NCBI GenBank assembly: GCA_947053645.1
Contig: CAMRTM010000002.1
Span: 64,041 to 128,040, forward strand
Reading direction: 5' to 3'
Source: an uncultured Bacillota bacterium
GTDB lineage: Bacteria > Bacillota > Clostridia > Christensenellales > UBA1242
Length of the DNA stretch: 64,000 nt
In this document: positions 26,059-36,528 of the stretch, piece after piece
Numbering within the stretch: the first letter of the stretch is position 1
How the letters are laid out: every line of letters starts with the position of its first letter
Program-made: the position numbers and the translations under genes
Notes under the pieces: generated by a model
Told to the model about the DNA's origin: nothing
Databases searched by the model: none
The model's input: the letters and a program-made list of their open reading frames with translations, nothing else

Positions 26059-28878
26059 ATGAAATATTTGAAAAATTTAAATTTAATATTTGTATGTGTT
26101 TTCACTCTCCTTATAGGAGCGCTACTTTTGTCTAATACTTTTGCGGGGGAGGGGATTTTAAAACCCGATAATCCACCAGAACAAATATTGCCGCCCGATG
26201 AGGGGATAGACGCAGCACTTACCGGTACTCTCGGTGCTTTTACAATGATAAGGGACCCAGAAACAAAAATATCAAGGTTGTCCACCTACCCATCTGGTTA
26301 TGGTATTAATATGAATAAAGATGGTAACACACTTCCCACTTCAAGTTGGACTTGGTATTCTAAGAGTTCAGGAGAGGCTTTGACGGCAAGTGGCGTCTTG
26401 ATGGTGCGTTGTCTTTGGCTAAAAGTGCCGAGAGGTTATCATTTTTATAAAGCCTATTTAAATCATGGTGGGAAATTAACTTCCTCAACCACATCGTCGA
26501 CATCGTTTAGTGATAGTGATTTGGCGGCTTTTGATGCCGTCATGCCTATGAGTAATCCAACAACCGGTATTTATAAAAGTGGAGATGGTTACTGGATAGG
26601 CGATAAAAGTGGTTGGTGGCAAGGGGTATCAGTTATTGAAAATAATTATTACAACATCTCATATGATTTAGGTGGTGGTAACTATGGCTCATATCACCCA
26701 AACAAGGCATATTATAATAAGCCTATAACAATATCTTTTCCAACTCGTACTGGGTATCAGTTTGACGGTTGGACAGCTACAGGAATTCACGCTAGTACAG
26801 CTATATATGGTATAAACGGCTCTACAAGTTTTCAATGGACAAACGGTAGCACAAAAGTAAAGTATAATGATTTTAATAGTTTGCGTTATGATAATGGGGG
26901 TACTGCCAGCTTAAAAGCTAATTGGACTGCGAACACTTACTCAATATCATACAATCTTAATGGTGGAACATGGACGCATTCATCCACTTCCTATCACCCA
27001 ACAAGTACAAGCTATAACACAGTAATCAACATTGAAAATCCAACTCGTGCCGGTTATACTTTTACGGGTTGGTCATCTGGAGGCTCAAATTTTTCTTCTT
27101 CAGCGGAGTGGGGAGATTCTTCTAGTTCGGTAACTCATTCTTGGAATGGGACACCGAAAGGGACTTATTTTAAAAATTTGTCTTCAACGAATAACGGTTC
27201 AGTCACTCTCACAGCCAATTGGACGCCGATTATGTATGAAGTTTGTGTAGATGAGGGGTGGGGAAGTGGCGGATGTATGGATGTAACATACGACGAAGTT
27301 TTTAGTCTTACTCTGCCGACTGCAACAGGCTATACCTTTGCAGGGTGGACAGCATCAGACGATTTCATTGGAACTGCTGCAAAGCATGGTACAACATCAA
27401 ATCCAACCACATCATGGACAAACGGCACAACAAAGGTAAAGTCCACATATTTTAAAAACTTGACAGTTATTGATGAGGGCTTAGTATCGCTAACGGCAAA
27501 TTGGACAGCCAATACCTATACGGTCACTTTAAATACGAATAAGGGTGGTGGCTCGACAACACCAACCGCAGGTACGGCGTCTGTTACTGCCACATATGAT
27601 AGTGTAATGCCAAGTATAACAATCCCAACAAGGGCGGGCTATACCTTTGCTGGTTTTTATGATACATCTGCCACTACAGGAGGTACACAATACTATACCT
27701 CTACAGGTGCGAGTGCTAGGGTTTGGGATAAAACAAGTAATACAACACTATATGCCCGCTGGACGGCAAATAAATATACCGTCACATTAAATAAAAATGG
27801 AGGTAGCGGCGGCAGTACAAGTGTAACAGCAACATTTGATGCAGCCATGCCAAATCTTACATCACTGCCAACCCGTGAAGGCTGGAAATTCCTCGGATAC
27901 TATGACGCTCAAACTGGCGGTAATCAATATTATCGCGAAGATGGCAGATGGGCATGGGTTTGGGATAAAACACAAAACGCAACCCTTTTCGCTCATTGGC
28001 AAGAAAAGACATGGATAGAAGATGATAGTTACTATTCCACCTCTCTTGCAGGGCAAGGAACGGAAACAAGTCCATATCTAATTACCTCAGCAAAAGACCT
28101 TGCCTATCTTGCAAAACAATCTCAAACAAATAATTTCAGTGGTGTATATTTCAAACAAATAGCGGATATAGACTTGGACGCACATTTATGGACTAGTATT
28201 TCAGATGTCAACGATTATATTAATTCTTTTGCGGGCATATATGACGGAGGACTATACTCAGTTAGAAATTTAAGAATGAATGGTGTAGCAAGTGGACATT
28301 ACGGATTATTCTATTGTGCGAAGAATGCAAAGATAAAAAATATAAATTTGCAAGATATAGAAATACAGAGTGGAAGTGCCTCAATAGGTACTGTAGTTGG
28401 AGTTGCAGAACTTACAACTATAGAAAATTGTACAGTTACAAGGGCGAAAATAACTAGTGGAAACCAATTAGGCGGAATAGCAGGTGTGGCTTTTGATAGT
28501 ACGATATCACAATGTATGGTGGAGGATTGTACTTTAACAGGTCAGCAATTTGTAGGGGGAATTTTAGGAGATAGTTTCACCTCCAATATAACTGATTGTA
28601 ATGTAATAGATGTTACCATCATATGCGATTCAGGTGATGTTGTATGTGATACTACCTCAGTACAAGGAAGTGTAACGATAAACTCTTCTTACGGCTTTGG
28701 CACAGTCAACGGAAGTGTACAGAAGGTTATGTACGGCGACGCTTCCGCATGGGGTAACTGGTCACTTGTAGAGGGCGTGAACGGCGGGCTCCCAATTCAA
28801 GGTGGGTTAAATCATATCGGTGGCTTTACAGAATCTAAGAAAGTATATGATCATTTAGTTGCTTGGAAAAATAGTTAA
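26059..28878 (+). CDS. secreted surface protein with Listeria-Bacteroides (Flg_new/InlB-B type) repeats and a GLUG-like C-terminal domain
   Basis: Signal peptide MKYLKNLNLIFVCVFTLLIGALLLSNTFAG begins at ATG 26059. About six repeats follow of the form ...Y.(I/V)(S/T).(N/D)..GG......(P)TR.GY.F.GW....(A/T)NWT.N.Y. The C-terminus contains GG(I/L)(A/L)G motifs. Confidence 0.8.
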   Translation: MKYLKNLNLIFVCVFTLLIGALLLSNTFAGEGILKPDNPPEQILPPDEGIDAALTGTLGAFTMIRDPETKISRLSTYPSGYGINMNKDGNTLPTSSWTWYSKSSGEALTASGVLMVRCLWLKVPRGYHFYKAYLNHGGKLTSSTTSSTSFSDSDLAAFDAVMPMSNPTTGIYKSGDGYWIGDKSGWWQGVSVIENNYYNISYDLGGGNYGSYHPNKAYYNKPITISFPTRTGYQFDGWTATGIHASTAIYGINGSTSFQWTNGSTKVKYNDFNSLRYDNGGTASLKANWTANTYSISYNLNGGTWTHSSTSYHPTSTSYNTVINIENPTRAGYTFTGWSSGGSNFSSSAEWGDSSSSVTHSWNGTPKGTYFKNLSSTNNGSVTLTANWTPIMYEVCVDEGWGSGGCMDVTYDEVFSLTLPTATGYTFAGWTASDDFIGTAAKHGTTSNPTTSWTNGTTKVKSTYFKNLTVIDEGLVSLTANWTANTYTVTLNTNKGGGSTTPTAGTASVTATYDSVMPSITIPTRAGYTFAGFYDTSATTGGTQYYTSTGASARVWDKTSNTTLYARWTANKYTVTLNKNGGSGGSTSVTATFDAAMPNLTSLPTREGWKFLGYYDAQTGGNQYYREDGRWAWVWDKTQNATLFAHWQEKTWIEDDSYYSTSLAGQGTETSPYLITSAKDLAYLAKQSQTNNFSGVYFKQIADIDLDAHLWTSISDVNDYINSFAGIYDGGLYSVRNLRMNGVASGHYGLFYCAKNAKIKNINLQDIEIQSGSASIGTVVGVAELTTIENCTVTRAKITSGNQLGGIAGVAFDSTISQCMVEDCTLTGQQFVGGILGDSFTSNITDCNVIDVTIICDSGDVVCDTTSVQGSVTINSSYGFGTVNGSVQKVMYGDASAWGNWSLVEGVNGGLPIQGGLNHIGGFTESKKVYDHLVAWKNS
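26641..28015 (+). repeat. about six tandem coding repeats (roughly 70-85 aa each) inside the surface protein
   Basis: Recurrent LKANWTANTYSISYNLNGG / LTANWTANTYTVTLNTNKGG / LYARWTANKYTVTLNKNGG / LFAHWQEKTW boundaries. Confidence 0.8.
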
Positions 28879-28959
28879 AAAAGCGTCTAAGACACAGAAA
28901 TATAAGAAAAACAGAGCGATTTGCTCTGTTTTTTATTTAAAATATGATATAATTTTAAT

Positions 28960-29622
28960 ATGGTTAAAGAAAAAGTAAAAAAGTTTTTGCGAGAAAACGA
29001 AGATAAAGAAAATGCTGTGTTTGAAAAAAGAATTGTGGCCACTGACTATTATCTATATGGTATTAAGACGCCTTTGCTAGATCAGTTTGCAAAGGGACTT
29101 GTAAAAGAGGGAGTGGAATTTGCGGATCTACCACTTGATAGTTATGAAGAGGTTGCCATTGCTGGTTTTGCCCTTGCAAAAATGAAGATATCACCATGTG
29201 AAAAGATAAAATATTTTGATAGACTTATAAAGTATTTTGACAACTGGGCACACTGCGACATGATAGTATCTAGATTAAAAGGGCTTGAAAGCGAAAAAGA
29301 ATATTTTGTGGGGCTTTTGTCAAGAGAAGGTGAGTTTGAAAAAAGAGTGGGGATTATTTACCTTATGTCTTTTTGTCTTAAAACAGATTTGAAAAGAGTT
29401 ATTGAAAAGGTGCTAAGCGTTAATGATGAAGCCTATTATGTTAAAATGGCACAGGCTTGGACGATTGCTAATGCTGGAGTGATAGATTTCGAATATATTT
29501 ATGGTATTTTGCCTACCATTAGTGATAAATTTTTGCGTAACAAGTCGATATCAAAAATGTGTGATTCTTTCCGCATAACAAGTGAACAAAAAGAAAAATT
29601 AAGAAAACTTAGATTAAAATAA
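28960..29622 (+). CDS. DNA alkylation repair protein (AlkD-like HEAT-repeat family)
   Basis: FDNWAHCDM and C-terminal DSFRITSEQKEKLRKLRLK match the characteristic family motifs (DNWATCDM ... ESYRISDEQKEYL). Confidence 0.75.
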   Translation: MVKEKVKKFLRENEDKENAVFEKRIVATDYYLYGIKTPLLDQFAKGLVKEGVEFADLPLDSYEEVAIAGFALAKMKISPCEKIKYFDRLIKYFDNWAHCDMIVSRLKGLESEKEYFVGLLSREGEFEKRVGIIYLMSFCLKTDLKRVIEKVLSVNDEAYYVKMAQAWTIANAGVIDFEYIYGILPTISDKFLRNKSISKMCDSFRITSEQKEKLRKLRLK

Positions 29623-29681
29623 AACCCTATTATGGGGTTTTATTCTGTATTAGAGTTATTATTTTCATTATAACCATATGC

Positions 29682-30035
29682 CTAAAGAAAATCCGCCTTG
29701 GATCCTCTAAAGCCTTGGTCTATTCTCGCCAATTGAAAGGCTCCTGCAGTTGTCAGTCGAGACAAGCCTAACCCACTTTCGTAATCCTCTTGTGCCAATG
29801 CTAGTTTTTTAAGAAGAATAACCTCTCTTGTGGCGTCTTTGGCGTTTAAGACCATATTCATCGCATTTTCATATTTTTTAATATTTGCTTCGTCACGAGA
29901 AATTACAATGTTAATAACCCTTATGTTGCGCTGGTCAACTGCGTATTTAAGAAAAAATCTCTTTTCTTCTATCAGTGCCTTCCCTTCGGCGGTAAGTTCA
30001 TCATATTTTTCTTTGACTTCAGATAATATGTACAT
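29682..30035 (-). CDS. hypothetical protein
   Basis: 117-aa helical-looking ORF with no recognisable motif. Confidence 0.5.
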   Translation of the reverse strand: MYILSEVKEKYDELTAEGKALIEEKRFFLKYAVDQRNIRVINIVISRDEANIKKYENAMNMVLNAKDATREVILLKKLALAQEDYESGLGLSRLTTAGAFQLARIDQGFRGSKADFL

Positions 30036-30172
30036 TTGTTCTCCGTATATATATGTTGTAATATCATACAGGGTAAAAAAGTCAAGTGGAAATTTTATTG
30101 ACAGTTTATTTTGATAATTTTCCTCTTTATGTTACTATTGAAAGGTAAGGAAATTACTGACAAAGGAGATAT

Positions 30173-31705
30173 ATGTTAGCAAAGGTATCAAGTTTTGGAC
30201 TTAAAGGAATTGAAGGCTTTCCTGTAGATGTGGAAACAGACATTACAAATGGTCTTCCACATTTTGATGTTGTGGGACTTGCGGACACTGCAATCAAGGA
30301 ATCAAAAGAGCGTGTACGCTCCGCTATTAGAAACAGTGGATACGAATACCCTATTAAAAGAATTACAATAAATCTTGCTCCCGCTGATGTTAAGAAAGAG
30401 GGGGCTATCTATGACCTTGCAATGGCAGTGGCGATTATATCTCTTAATAAAGATAGCAAATTAAAGGCTATTGAAGATTATTGTTATATTGGAGAACTTT
30501 CACTAGATGGACAGGTAAAAAAGGTGAAAGGAGTGCTTCCGCTCCTTATATCTGCACGAAATTTTGGTTATAAGAGATTTATTATACCTTATGATAATGC
30601 GTTAGAGGCAAGTTTTATAGAAGGACTCGAGGTTTACCCAGTAAAATCTTTAATAGAGTGTATAGACTTTTTAGAAGGCAAAGAGACACTGGAAAAGGTG
30701 AAAATTGGTGACTATCAAAAAGAGATAAAAAGTCATGTGAACGGGCTAGACTTTTGTCATGTAAAGGGTCAAGCAAGGGCAAAGCGTGCACTAGAGATTG
30801 CTGCCGCTGGCGGACATAATGTGATTATGATTGGCCCTCCTGGAAGTGGTAAAAGTATGCTTGCAAAGTGCTTTCCTTCTATACTTCCTGATATGTCTTT
30901 TGAAGAGGCTTTGGAGGTGACAAAGATTCATTCTGTTTCAGGAGAACTTGATCTAAAGAAAGGAATTGTGTCTTGTAGACCTTTTAGAAGTCCGCACCAT
31001 ACAGCCTCTACCGTGAGTTTAACAGGTGGTGGAAATGGTAGTAAGCCGGGGGAAATCAGTCTTGCACATAATGGTGTGCTTTTTCTAGACGAAATGCCTG
31101 AATACTCCCGTCACACAATAGAAACCCTTCGTCAGCCTCTTGAAGACGGTGTTATTACCGTGGCAAGGGCAAATGCGACAATTTCATATCCAGCAAACTT
31201 CATGCTAATTGCAAGTATGAATCCTTGTCCATGTGGAAACTTTGGAAGTAAACTTAAAGAGTGTACCTGCACACCTAATCAAATACATAAATATCTTGCC
31301 AAACTTTCAGGGCCGATTATGGATAGAATAGATATTCACATCGAAGTTGACAATGTCACTTATGAGGATTTGAAAAGTAATAGTGAAGAAGAAAAATCTT
31401 AATCAATAAAAGAGAGGGTGGACATGGCGAGAGATATACAACTAAAAAGATTTAAAAATTCTAAAGTCTATTCAAATGCCAAGATGAGCGTGCCTCAGAC
31501 TAAAGAGTATTGCCGACTTGATAAATCAAGTGATGAAATACTTAGAATGGCATTTGAAAAATTAAAACTTTCAGCCCGTGCTCACGACAGAATTTTAAGG
31601 GTGGCAAGAACCATTGCGGACTTAGAGGGCGAAGAGAACATATTGCCACAACACATTGCGGAGGCGATAAGTTATCGCTCGCTTGACAGGAAATATTGGG
31701 GGTAA
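30173..31705 (+). pseudogene. comM: Mg-chelatase-like helicase ComM/YifB interrupted by one in-frame TAA (31400-31402)
   Basis: ORFs 30173-31402 and 31418-31705 are in the same frame. Reading through gives ...[23 protein letters not shown]..., collinear with intact YifB/ComM (..GESSA.IRERV..AR..Q..RF). Walker A GPPGSGKSMLA is present. Confidence 0.85.
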
Positions 31706-31706
31706 A

Positions 31707-32780
31707 ATGACAGACAAACAGGTTTTATTAATTTATTTATCTCAATTTAATTTATCGACTAAAAAAATTGATGAATTATTATCGCTGATGGAAGAGCCTT
31801 CCATTGATAATTTTGTTAAACTAAAAAATCTAAATCAATTATTTACTCCTGACATGGTTAATGAGATGATTGACAGGTCGCAAGACCGAAAAGTATCCAT
31901 GTATTTTTCAAGCCTTCGTGAAAAATGTATCACGGTGTTGACAAAAGGCGACGAGAATTATCCTAAAAAACTTGTAGAACTGCCAGAAGCCCCTTATCAT
32001 CTTTTTTGTAAGGGAGATTTGTCACTTTTTGAAGGGCGAAGTATAAGTATCGTTGGTTCAAGAACTCCAACTAATTATGGCAGGATTGTTACAGAACGAC
32101 TTGCAGGAGAACTTGCAAATAATGGTTTTACTATTGTAAGTGGGCTTGCCCATGGCATTGACAGTATAGCTCACAGAAAGGCTCTCGAAGTTGGAGGAAA
32201 AACAATAGCGGTTCTTGGCAATGGGTTTAACCATTTATACCCTGCCGATCATGCGGCTCTTGCGAGAGAGGTAGAGGAAAATGGACTTCTTATAAGTGAG
32301 TATTGCCCATCAGTGAAATCAACTAGGTTTACTTTTCCACATCGTAATCGTATTGTTGCGGGACTTGGTGACGGCGTTCTTATAACCGAGGCGAGTGCAA
32401 AAAGTGGTACTATGCACACAAAGGATTATGCTCTTGACTACGGCAGAACGGTGTTTGCTGTTCCGGGGAATATAACGAGTGAGAAAAGTGCACTTACAAA
32501 TGAACTAATTCGTTCTAATCAATGTGTATGTGTAACTAGTGTGGAAGATATCTATCACGAACTTGGAGTCGAAGCGAAAAAGCAGGATAAACGGGCGTTT
32601 GTTCAACTAGACTTAATTCAGCAAAAAATTGTAGATATTCTTAAAAATGGCGAAAAAGACATAGATTCTATATCGCTCGAATGCAATTTAAATATAAATT
32701 CCTTGAATAGTTATTTGACAATGATGGAAATTAGTGGAATAATAAAAAGGATGTCGGGCGGAGTTTATATGCTTGCCTAG
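31707..32780 (+). CDS. dprA: DNA-processing protein DprA
   Basis: IVGSRTPTNYG and GLAHGIDSIAHR Rossmann-like motifs. ATG at 31707, 1 nt after the comM stop. Confidence 0.9.
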   Translation: MTDKQVLLIYLSQFNLSTKKIDELLSLMEEPSIDNFVKLKNLNQLFTPDMVNEMIDRSQDRKVSMYFSSLREKCITVLTKGDENYPKKLVELPEAPYHLFCKGDLSLFEGRSISIVGSRTPTNYGRIVTERLAGELANNGFTIVSGLAHGIDSIAHRKALEVGGKTIAVLGNGFNHLYPADHAALAREVEENGLLISEYCPSVKSTRFTFPHRNRIVAGLGDGVLITEASAKSGTMHTKDYALDYGRTVFAVPGNITSEKSALTNELIRSNQCVCVTSVEDIYHELGVEAKKQDKRAFVQLDLIQQKIVDILKNGEKDIDSISLECNLNINSLNSYLTMMEISGIIKRMSGGVYMLA

Positions 32781-32795
32781 GCAGGGAGGATTAAT

Positions 32796-34859
32796 TTGAA
32801 ATTAGTAATTATTGAATCACCATCCAAAGCACCAGCATTAAAAAAGTATCTTGGCGACGAGTACGAGATTTTTGCAACCAAAGGTCATATTAGGGATTTA
32901 CCCACCAAGAGTTTTGGACTGGATGTAAAAAACAATTTTGAACCAAGGTATGAAATTGTATCAGATAAGAAAGAGTTAATTTCGCAACTTAAAAATAAAG
33001 CAGCCAAAGCAGATTATGTTTATATCGCAACCGACCCCGACCGTGAAGGAGAGGCGATTTCATGGCATGTGGCACATGTTCTGGATTATCCAAAAGATAA
33101 GAAATGCAGAATACAATTCAATGAAATTTCCAAGAAGGCGGTGACAAAGGCACTTTCAGAGCCTCGCGAAATTGATGAAAAACTTGTTGATGCACAACAA
33201 GCAAGGCGTGTGCTTGATAGGGTTGTGGGTTATAAACTTTCACCTATCATATGCAAAAAGATAGCACCAAAACTCAGTGCCGGAAGGGTACAGTCGGTGG
33301 CACTTAAACTTATTGTTGACCGTGAAAAAGAGATTGAAGCCTTTAAACCAGAGGAGTACTGGACTGTTACAGCCACTTTGGAAAAGGACAAGACGCCATT
33401 CAAAACATCTCTTACAACAAAAAATAAGAAAAAATTTATTCCTAAAAATAAAGAGGAAGTGGACGCACTTTTAGAAAATATAAAAGGGCAGGATTTTGAA
33501 ATAACAGAGGTAAAGAAATCCAGCACTCGTCAACATGCTCCAGCACCTTTTATCACAAGTACAATGCAACAGGATGCCGGTAATAAACTTGGCATGAGTC
33601 TTTCTCGTACCTCTGCAGCGGCACAGGCTCTTTATGAAGGTGTTGAAGTTAAGGGCGAAGGAAAAATTGCGCTTATTACTTATATAAGAACAGACTCTGT
33701 TCGTGTTTCCGCTGAGGCACAGAACTCTTGTCGTGAATATATTTCAAAGGTTTATGGAGAAAAATTTGTTCCTACAAAGCCTAACATATATCACACAAAA
33801 TCAAATGCCCAAGATGCGCACGAGGCCATTAGACCAATTTCCATGGACATTACTCCTGAAAAAGTTAAAGAAACACTTTCAAGCGATAATTATCGGTTGT
33901 ATAAACTTATCTATGAAAGATTTTTGGCAAGTCAGATGACTGATGCTGAGTTTAATAATGTTTCAGCAGGATTTAAAGCGGGAGATTATGGATTTAGAGC
34001 GACTGGAAAAACCATGACTTTTGCGGGTTTTACAATAGTATATAAAGAATTTGTAGAAGAGGAAAACAAAGAGAGTGCGGGTAAACTTCCAGTACTACAA
34101 GAGGGTGAAAGTTTGCCATGCAAAGAAATTAAGCCAGAACAAAAGTTTACAAAGCCACCAGTCAGATTTACAGAGGCAAGCCTTGTAAAGGCTATGGAAG
34201 AAAAGGGGATTGGAAGACCAGCGACATATACTCCAACAATTAATATCTTAACCTCACGAAAATATGCCGAGAAGGACGGGAAAAGTTTAGTGCCTACAAA
34301 ACTTGGCAAAAATATTGTGGAATACCTTGAACAATTTTTTAATGGTGTAATCAATGTAAAATTTACTGCTCATATGGAAAAGCGCCTTGATGACATTGTG
34401 GAAACTGGTGAAGATTGGCACAATATTGTCAATAGTTTCTGGGATGGTTTTAAAGGACTTCTTGAAAAGGCGGATGCAAGCAGTGTGACTATGAAAGAAC
34501 CTCCAGTGGTAACAGATATAATATGTGAAAAATGCGGTGGAAAGATGCTTTTGCGTGACGGTCGTTACGGAAAGTTTTTGGGATGCGAAAATTTCCCTAA
34601 ATGTAGAAATATCAAAGCAATTGAAGAGGAAAAGAAACTTGTTGGCAAATGTCCAGAATGTGGTTCTGCTATGGTAGTGCGAAAAAGTAAGAAAGGAAAA
34701 ACTTATTATTCTTGCAACAGATACCCAGACTGCAATTTTATGAGTTGGGATATTCCAACAGGGGACAAATGCCCTAAATGTCAAAGTTTTTTAATAACAA
34801 AAGGTAAAAATATCAAATGTTCGAGTGCAACCTGTGATTACAAGGAGGAAAATGTCTAA
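32796..34859 (+). CDS. topA: DNA topoisomerase I
   Basis: TOPRIM N-terminus (LVIIESPSKA, DPDREGEAISWH), active-site region ITYIRTDS and C-terminal CxxC zinc ribbons. Confidence 0.97.
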   Translation: MKLVIIESPSKAPALKKYLGDEYEIFATKGHIRDLPTKSFGLDVKNNFEPRYEIVSDKKELISQLKNKAAKADYVYIATDPDREGEAISWHVAHVLDYPKDKKCRIQFNEISKKAVTKALSEPREIDEKLVDAQQARRVLDRVVGYKLSPIICKKIAPKLSAGRVQSVALKLIVDREKEIEAFKPEEYWTVTATLEKDKTPFKTSLTTKNKKKFIPKNKEEVDALLENIKGQDFEITEVKKSSTRQHAPAPFITSTMQQDAGNKLGMSLSRTSAAAQALYEGVEVKGEGKIALITYIRTDSVRVSAEAQNSCREYISKVYGEKFVPTKPNIYHTKSNAQDAHEAIRPISMDITPEKVKETLSSDNYRLYKLIYERFLASQMTDAEFNNVSAGFKAGDYGFRATGKTMTFAGFTIVYKEFVEEENKESAGKLPVLQEGESLPCKEIKPEQKFTKPPVRFTEASLVKAMEEKGIGRPATYTPTINILTSRKYAEKDGKSLVPTKLGKNIVEYLEQFFNGVINVKFTAHMEKRLDDIVETGEDWHNIVNSFWDGFKGLLEKADASSVTMKEPPVVTDIICEKCGGKMLLRDGRYGKFLGCENFPKCRNIKAIEEEKKLVGKCPECGSAMVVRKSKKGKTYYSCNRYPDCNFMSWDIPTGDKCPKCQSFLITKGKNIKCSSATCDYKEENV

Positions 34860-36003
34860 TTTAGCCCATGTAAACATTATAGGTGCCGGTTTTGCGGGGA
34901 TTGAATGTGCTTTATTTCTTGCAAGGCATGGCATTCGTGTACATATTTTTAATAAGATTCAGGGTAGTTACTTTTGTGACTGTTATAATCATATAAAAAA
35001 TTTTACTTTACGAGAAGAGGCTCGTGCTTTAAGCAGTAGTCTTATTGATAAACTTGAAGAGTTTGAAAATATTGCGCCAGCAAAATGTCCTGCAGGGCGT
35101 ACTCTAGAATACGGACTAAAGCAACTAAAAGAGAATAATTTTATTGACTATTTTGACCTTAATGTATACGAAATTAACACCAAAGAGATAAATATAATTG
35201 CTTCAGGACAAAGAACGGATGGGAAACTTTTTGAATGGCTCCAAAGTGAACTTGGTTCAATGCGTTGTTTTAATACCTATCCAATTTATATGAGTGTTGA
35301 TGGGGTGAATGAAGAAAAATGCATAAGAAAGGGGAATGATTTATATATACCTCTTAACTATGAAGAGTATATCACTTTATGCAATGCAATAATTCATCAA
35401 AGAAATGAAAATCCATGTAAAGAAAAAAATTATGAGTGCATTGAAGAAATTGTCGTTAAAAACAAGGATGCACTTAGAAATCATTGTATGAAGCCAATAT
35501 TCTTAGGGATTGAAAAGCCTTATGCGGTGATAAATCTTAAAAAAGGAAAAATATTGGAAGGATTTTGCAGCAGTTTACCTTTTTCAAGTCAGGTGGAAAT
35601 AATCAAGAAAATAAAGGGATTGGAAAATGCAATTTTACTACGCGAAGGAAAAGCAACAAAAAATTGCTATTTAAATGCACCTATGGTCATAAATAAATAT
35701 GGGCAGTCATTAAAACGAGAAAATATATTCTTTGCAGGTAATATATCTGGAATTTTTGGGCATGTGGAAGGTATGATAAGTGGACTTTATGTAGCACGCA
35801 ATGTTTTAAGTTATATTAAAGGCAAAAGATTTACAAGTTTTCCTGAAAATACATGCTTTGGAGGGCTAATAAAAGAGTTAATGACACAAAATGCTAATAA
35901 ATTCACTCCAATTCGGTCAAGATGTGATATAATAGAAGAATATAAGGAAGGTATTTTAAGTTTAAAAAAATATGAGGAGGAAATTAATGGAAAGTTTATT
36001 TAA
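34852..36003 (+). CDS. trmFO: divergent, shortened TrmFO-like flavoprotein
   Basis: FAD motif [14 protein letters not shown]. The C-terminal half is collinear with TrmFO (KPYAVINL..., [31 protein letters not shown]). Sits in the conserved topA-trmFO-hslVU position. Only 383 aa, and the region around the first catalytic Cys is not conserved. Confidence 0.55.
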   Translation: MSNLAHVNIIGAGFAGIECALFLARHGIRVHIFNKIQGSYFCDCYNHIKNFTLREEARALSSSLIDKLEEFENIAPAKCPAGRTLEYGLKQLKENNFIDYFDLNVYEINTKEINIIASGQRTDGKLFEWLQSELGSMRCFNTYPIYMSVDGVNEEKCIRKGNDLYIPLNYEEYITLCNAIIHQRNENPCKEKNYECIEEIVVKNKDALRNHCMKPIFLGIEKPYAVINLKKGKILEGFCSSLPFSSQVEIIKKIKGLENAILLREGKATKNCYLNAPMVINKYGQSLKRENIFFAGNISGIFGHVEGMISGLYVARNVLSYIKGKRFTSFPENTCFGGLIKELMTQNANKFTPIRSRCDIIEEYKEGILSLKKYEEEINGKFI

Positions 36004-36526
36004 AGCAACCACTATATGTGGCGTAAAACGCAATGGTAAGATTGCAGTTGCTGGTGACGGACAGGTTACCATGCAGGAAAGTGTAATTTTTAAGGGCAGT
36101 GCAAAAAAGGTAAGAAGAATTTATAACGACAGTGTCGTAATAGGTTTTGCTGGCGGAGTGGCTGATGCTTTTTCACTTAGTGAGAGATTTGAAGCAATGC
36201 TTAATAAATTCTCAGGCAATCTTATGAGAAGCGCAGTGGAACTTGCTAAAACTTGGCGTGAAGATAAGGCGGCAAGAAAGTTGGAGGCTATGATGATTGT
36301 TGCTGATAAAAATCAACTTCTAATCGTGTCTGGTATGGGAGATGTTCTTGAACCAGATGACGATGTTTGCGCAATCGGCTCTGGCGGAAATTTTGCGCTC
36401 GCTTCTGCAAAAGCACTTATGGAAAACACCGACCTTACAGCAAAAGAAATTGCTTTTAAGGCTCTTAAAATAGCCAGTGATATTTGCGTTTTTACCAATA
36501 ATAATATCATTGTCGAGGAGGTTTAA
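35987..36526 (+). CDS. hslV: ATP-dependent protease subunit HslV (ClpQ)
   Basis: [28 protein letters not shown] resembles B. subtilis ClpQ. GGAGG precedes ATG 35987. Confidence 0.95.
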   Translation: MESLFKATTICGVKRNGKIAVAGDGQVTMQESVIFKGSAKKVRRIYNDSVVIGFAGGVADAFSLSERFEAMLNKFSGNLMRSAVELAKTWREDKAARKLEAMMIVADKNQLLIVSGMGDVLEPDDDVCAIGSGGNFALASAKALMENTDLTAKEIAFKALKIASDICVFTNNNIIVEEV

Positions 36527-36528
36527 CA

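Noticed and set aside
26013-26285. 90-aa minus-strand ORF and the 26029 start of the surface-protein ORF
   Set aside because: The minus-strand ORF is antisense to the signal-peptide region. ATG 26059 gives a canonical signal peptide, and the 10 codons upstream are AT-rich leader.
31400-31402. In-frame TAA in comM as evidence of stop-codon reassignment
   Set aside because: TAA terminates many well-aligned genes here (hrcA, dnaK, topA, der). TGA is confirmed as a stop by the prfB frameshift site.
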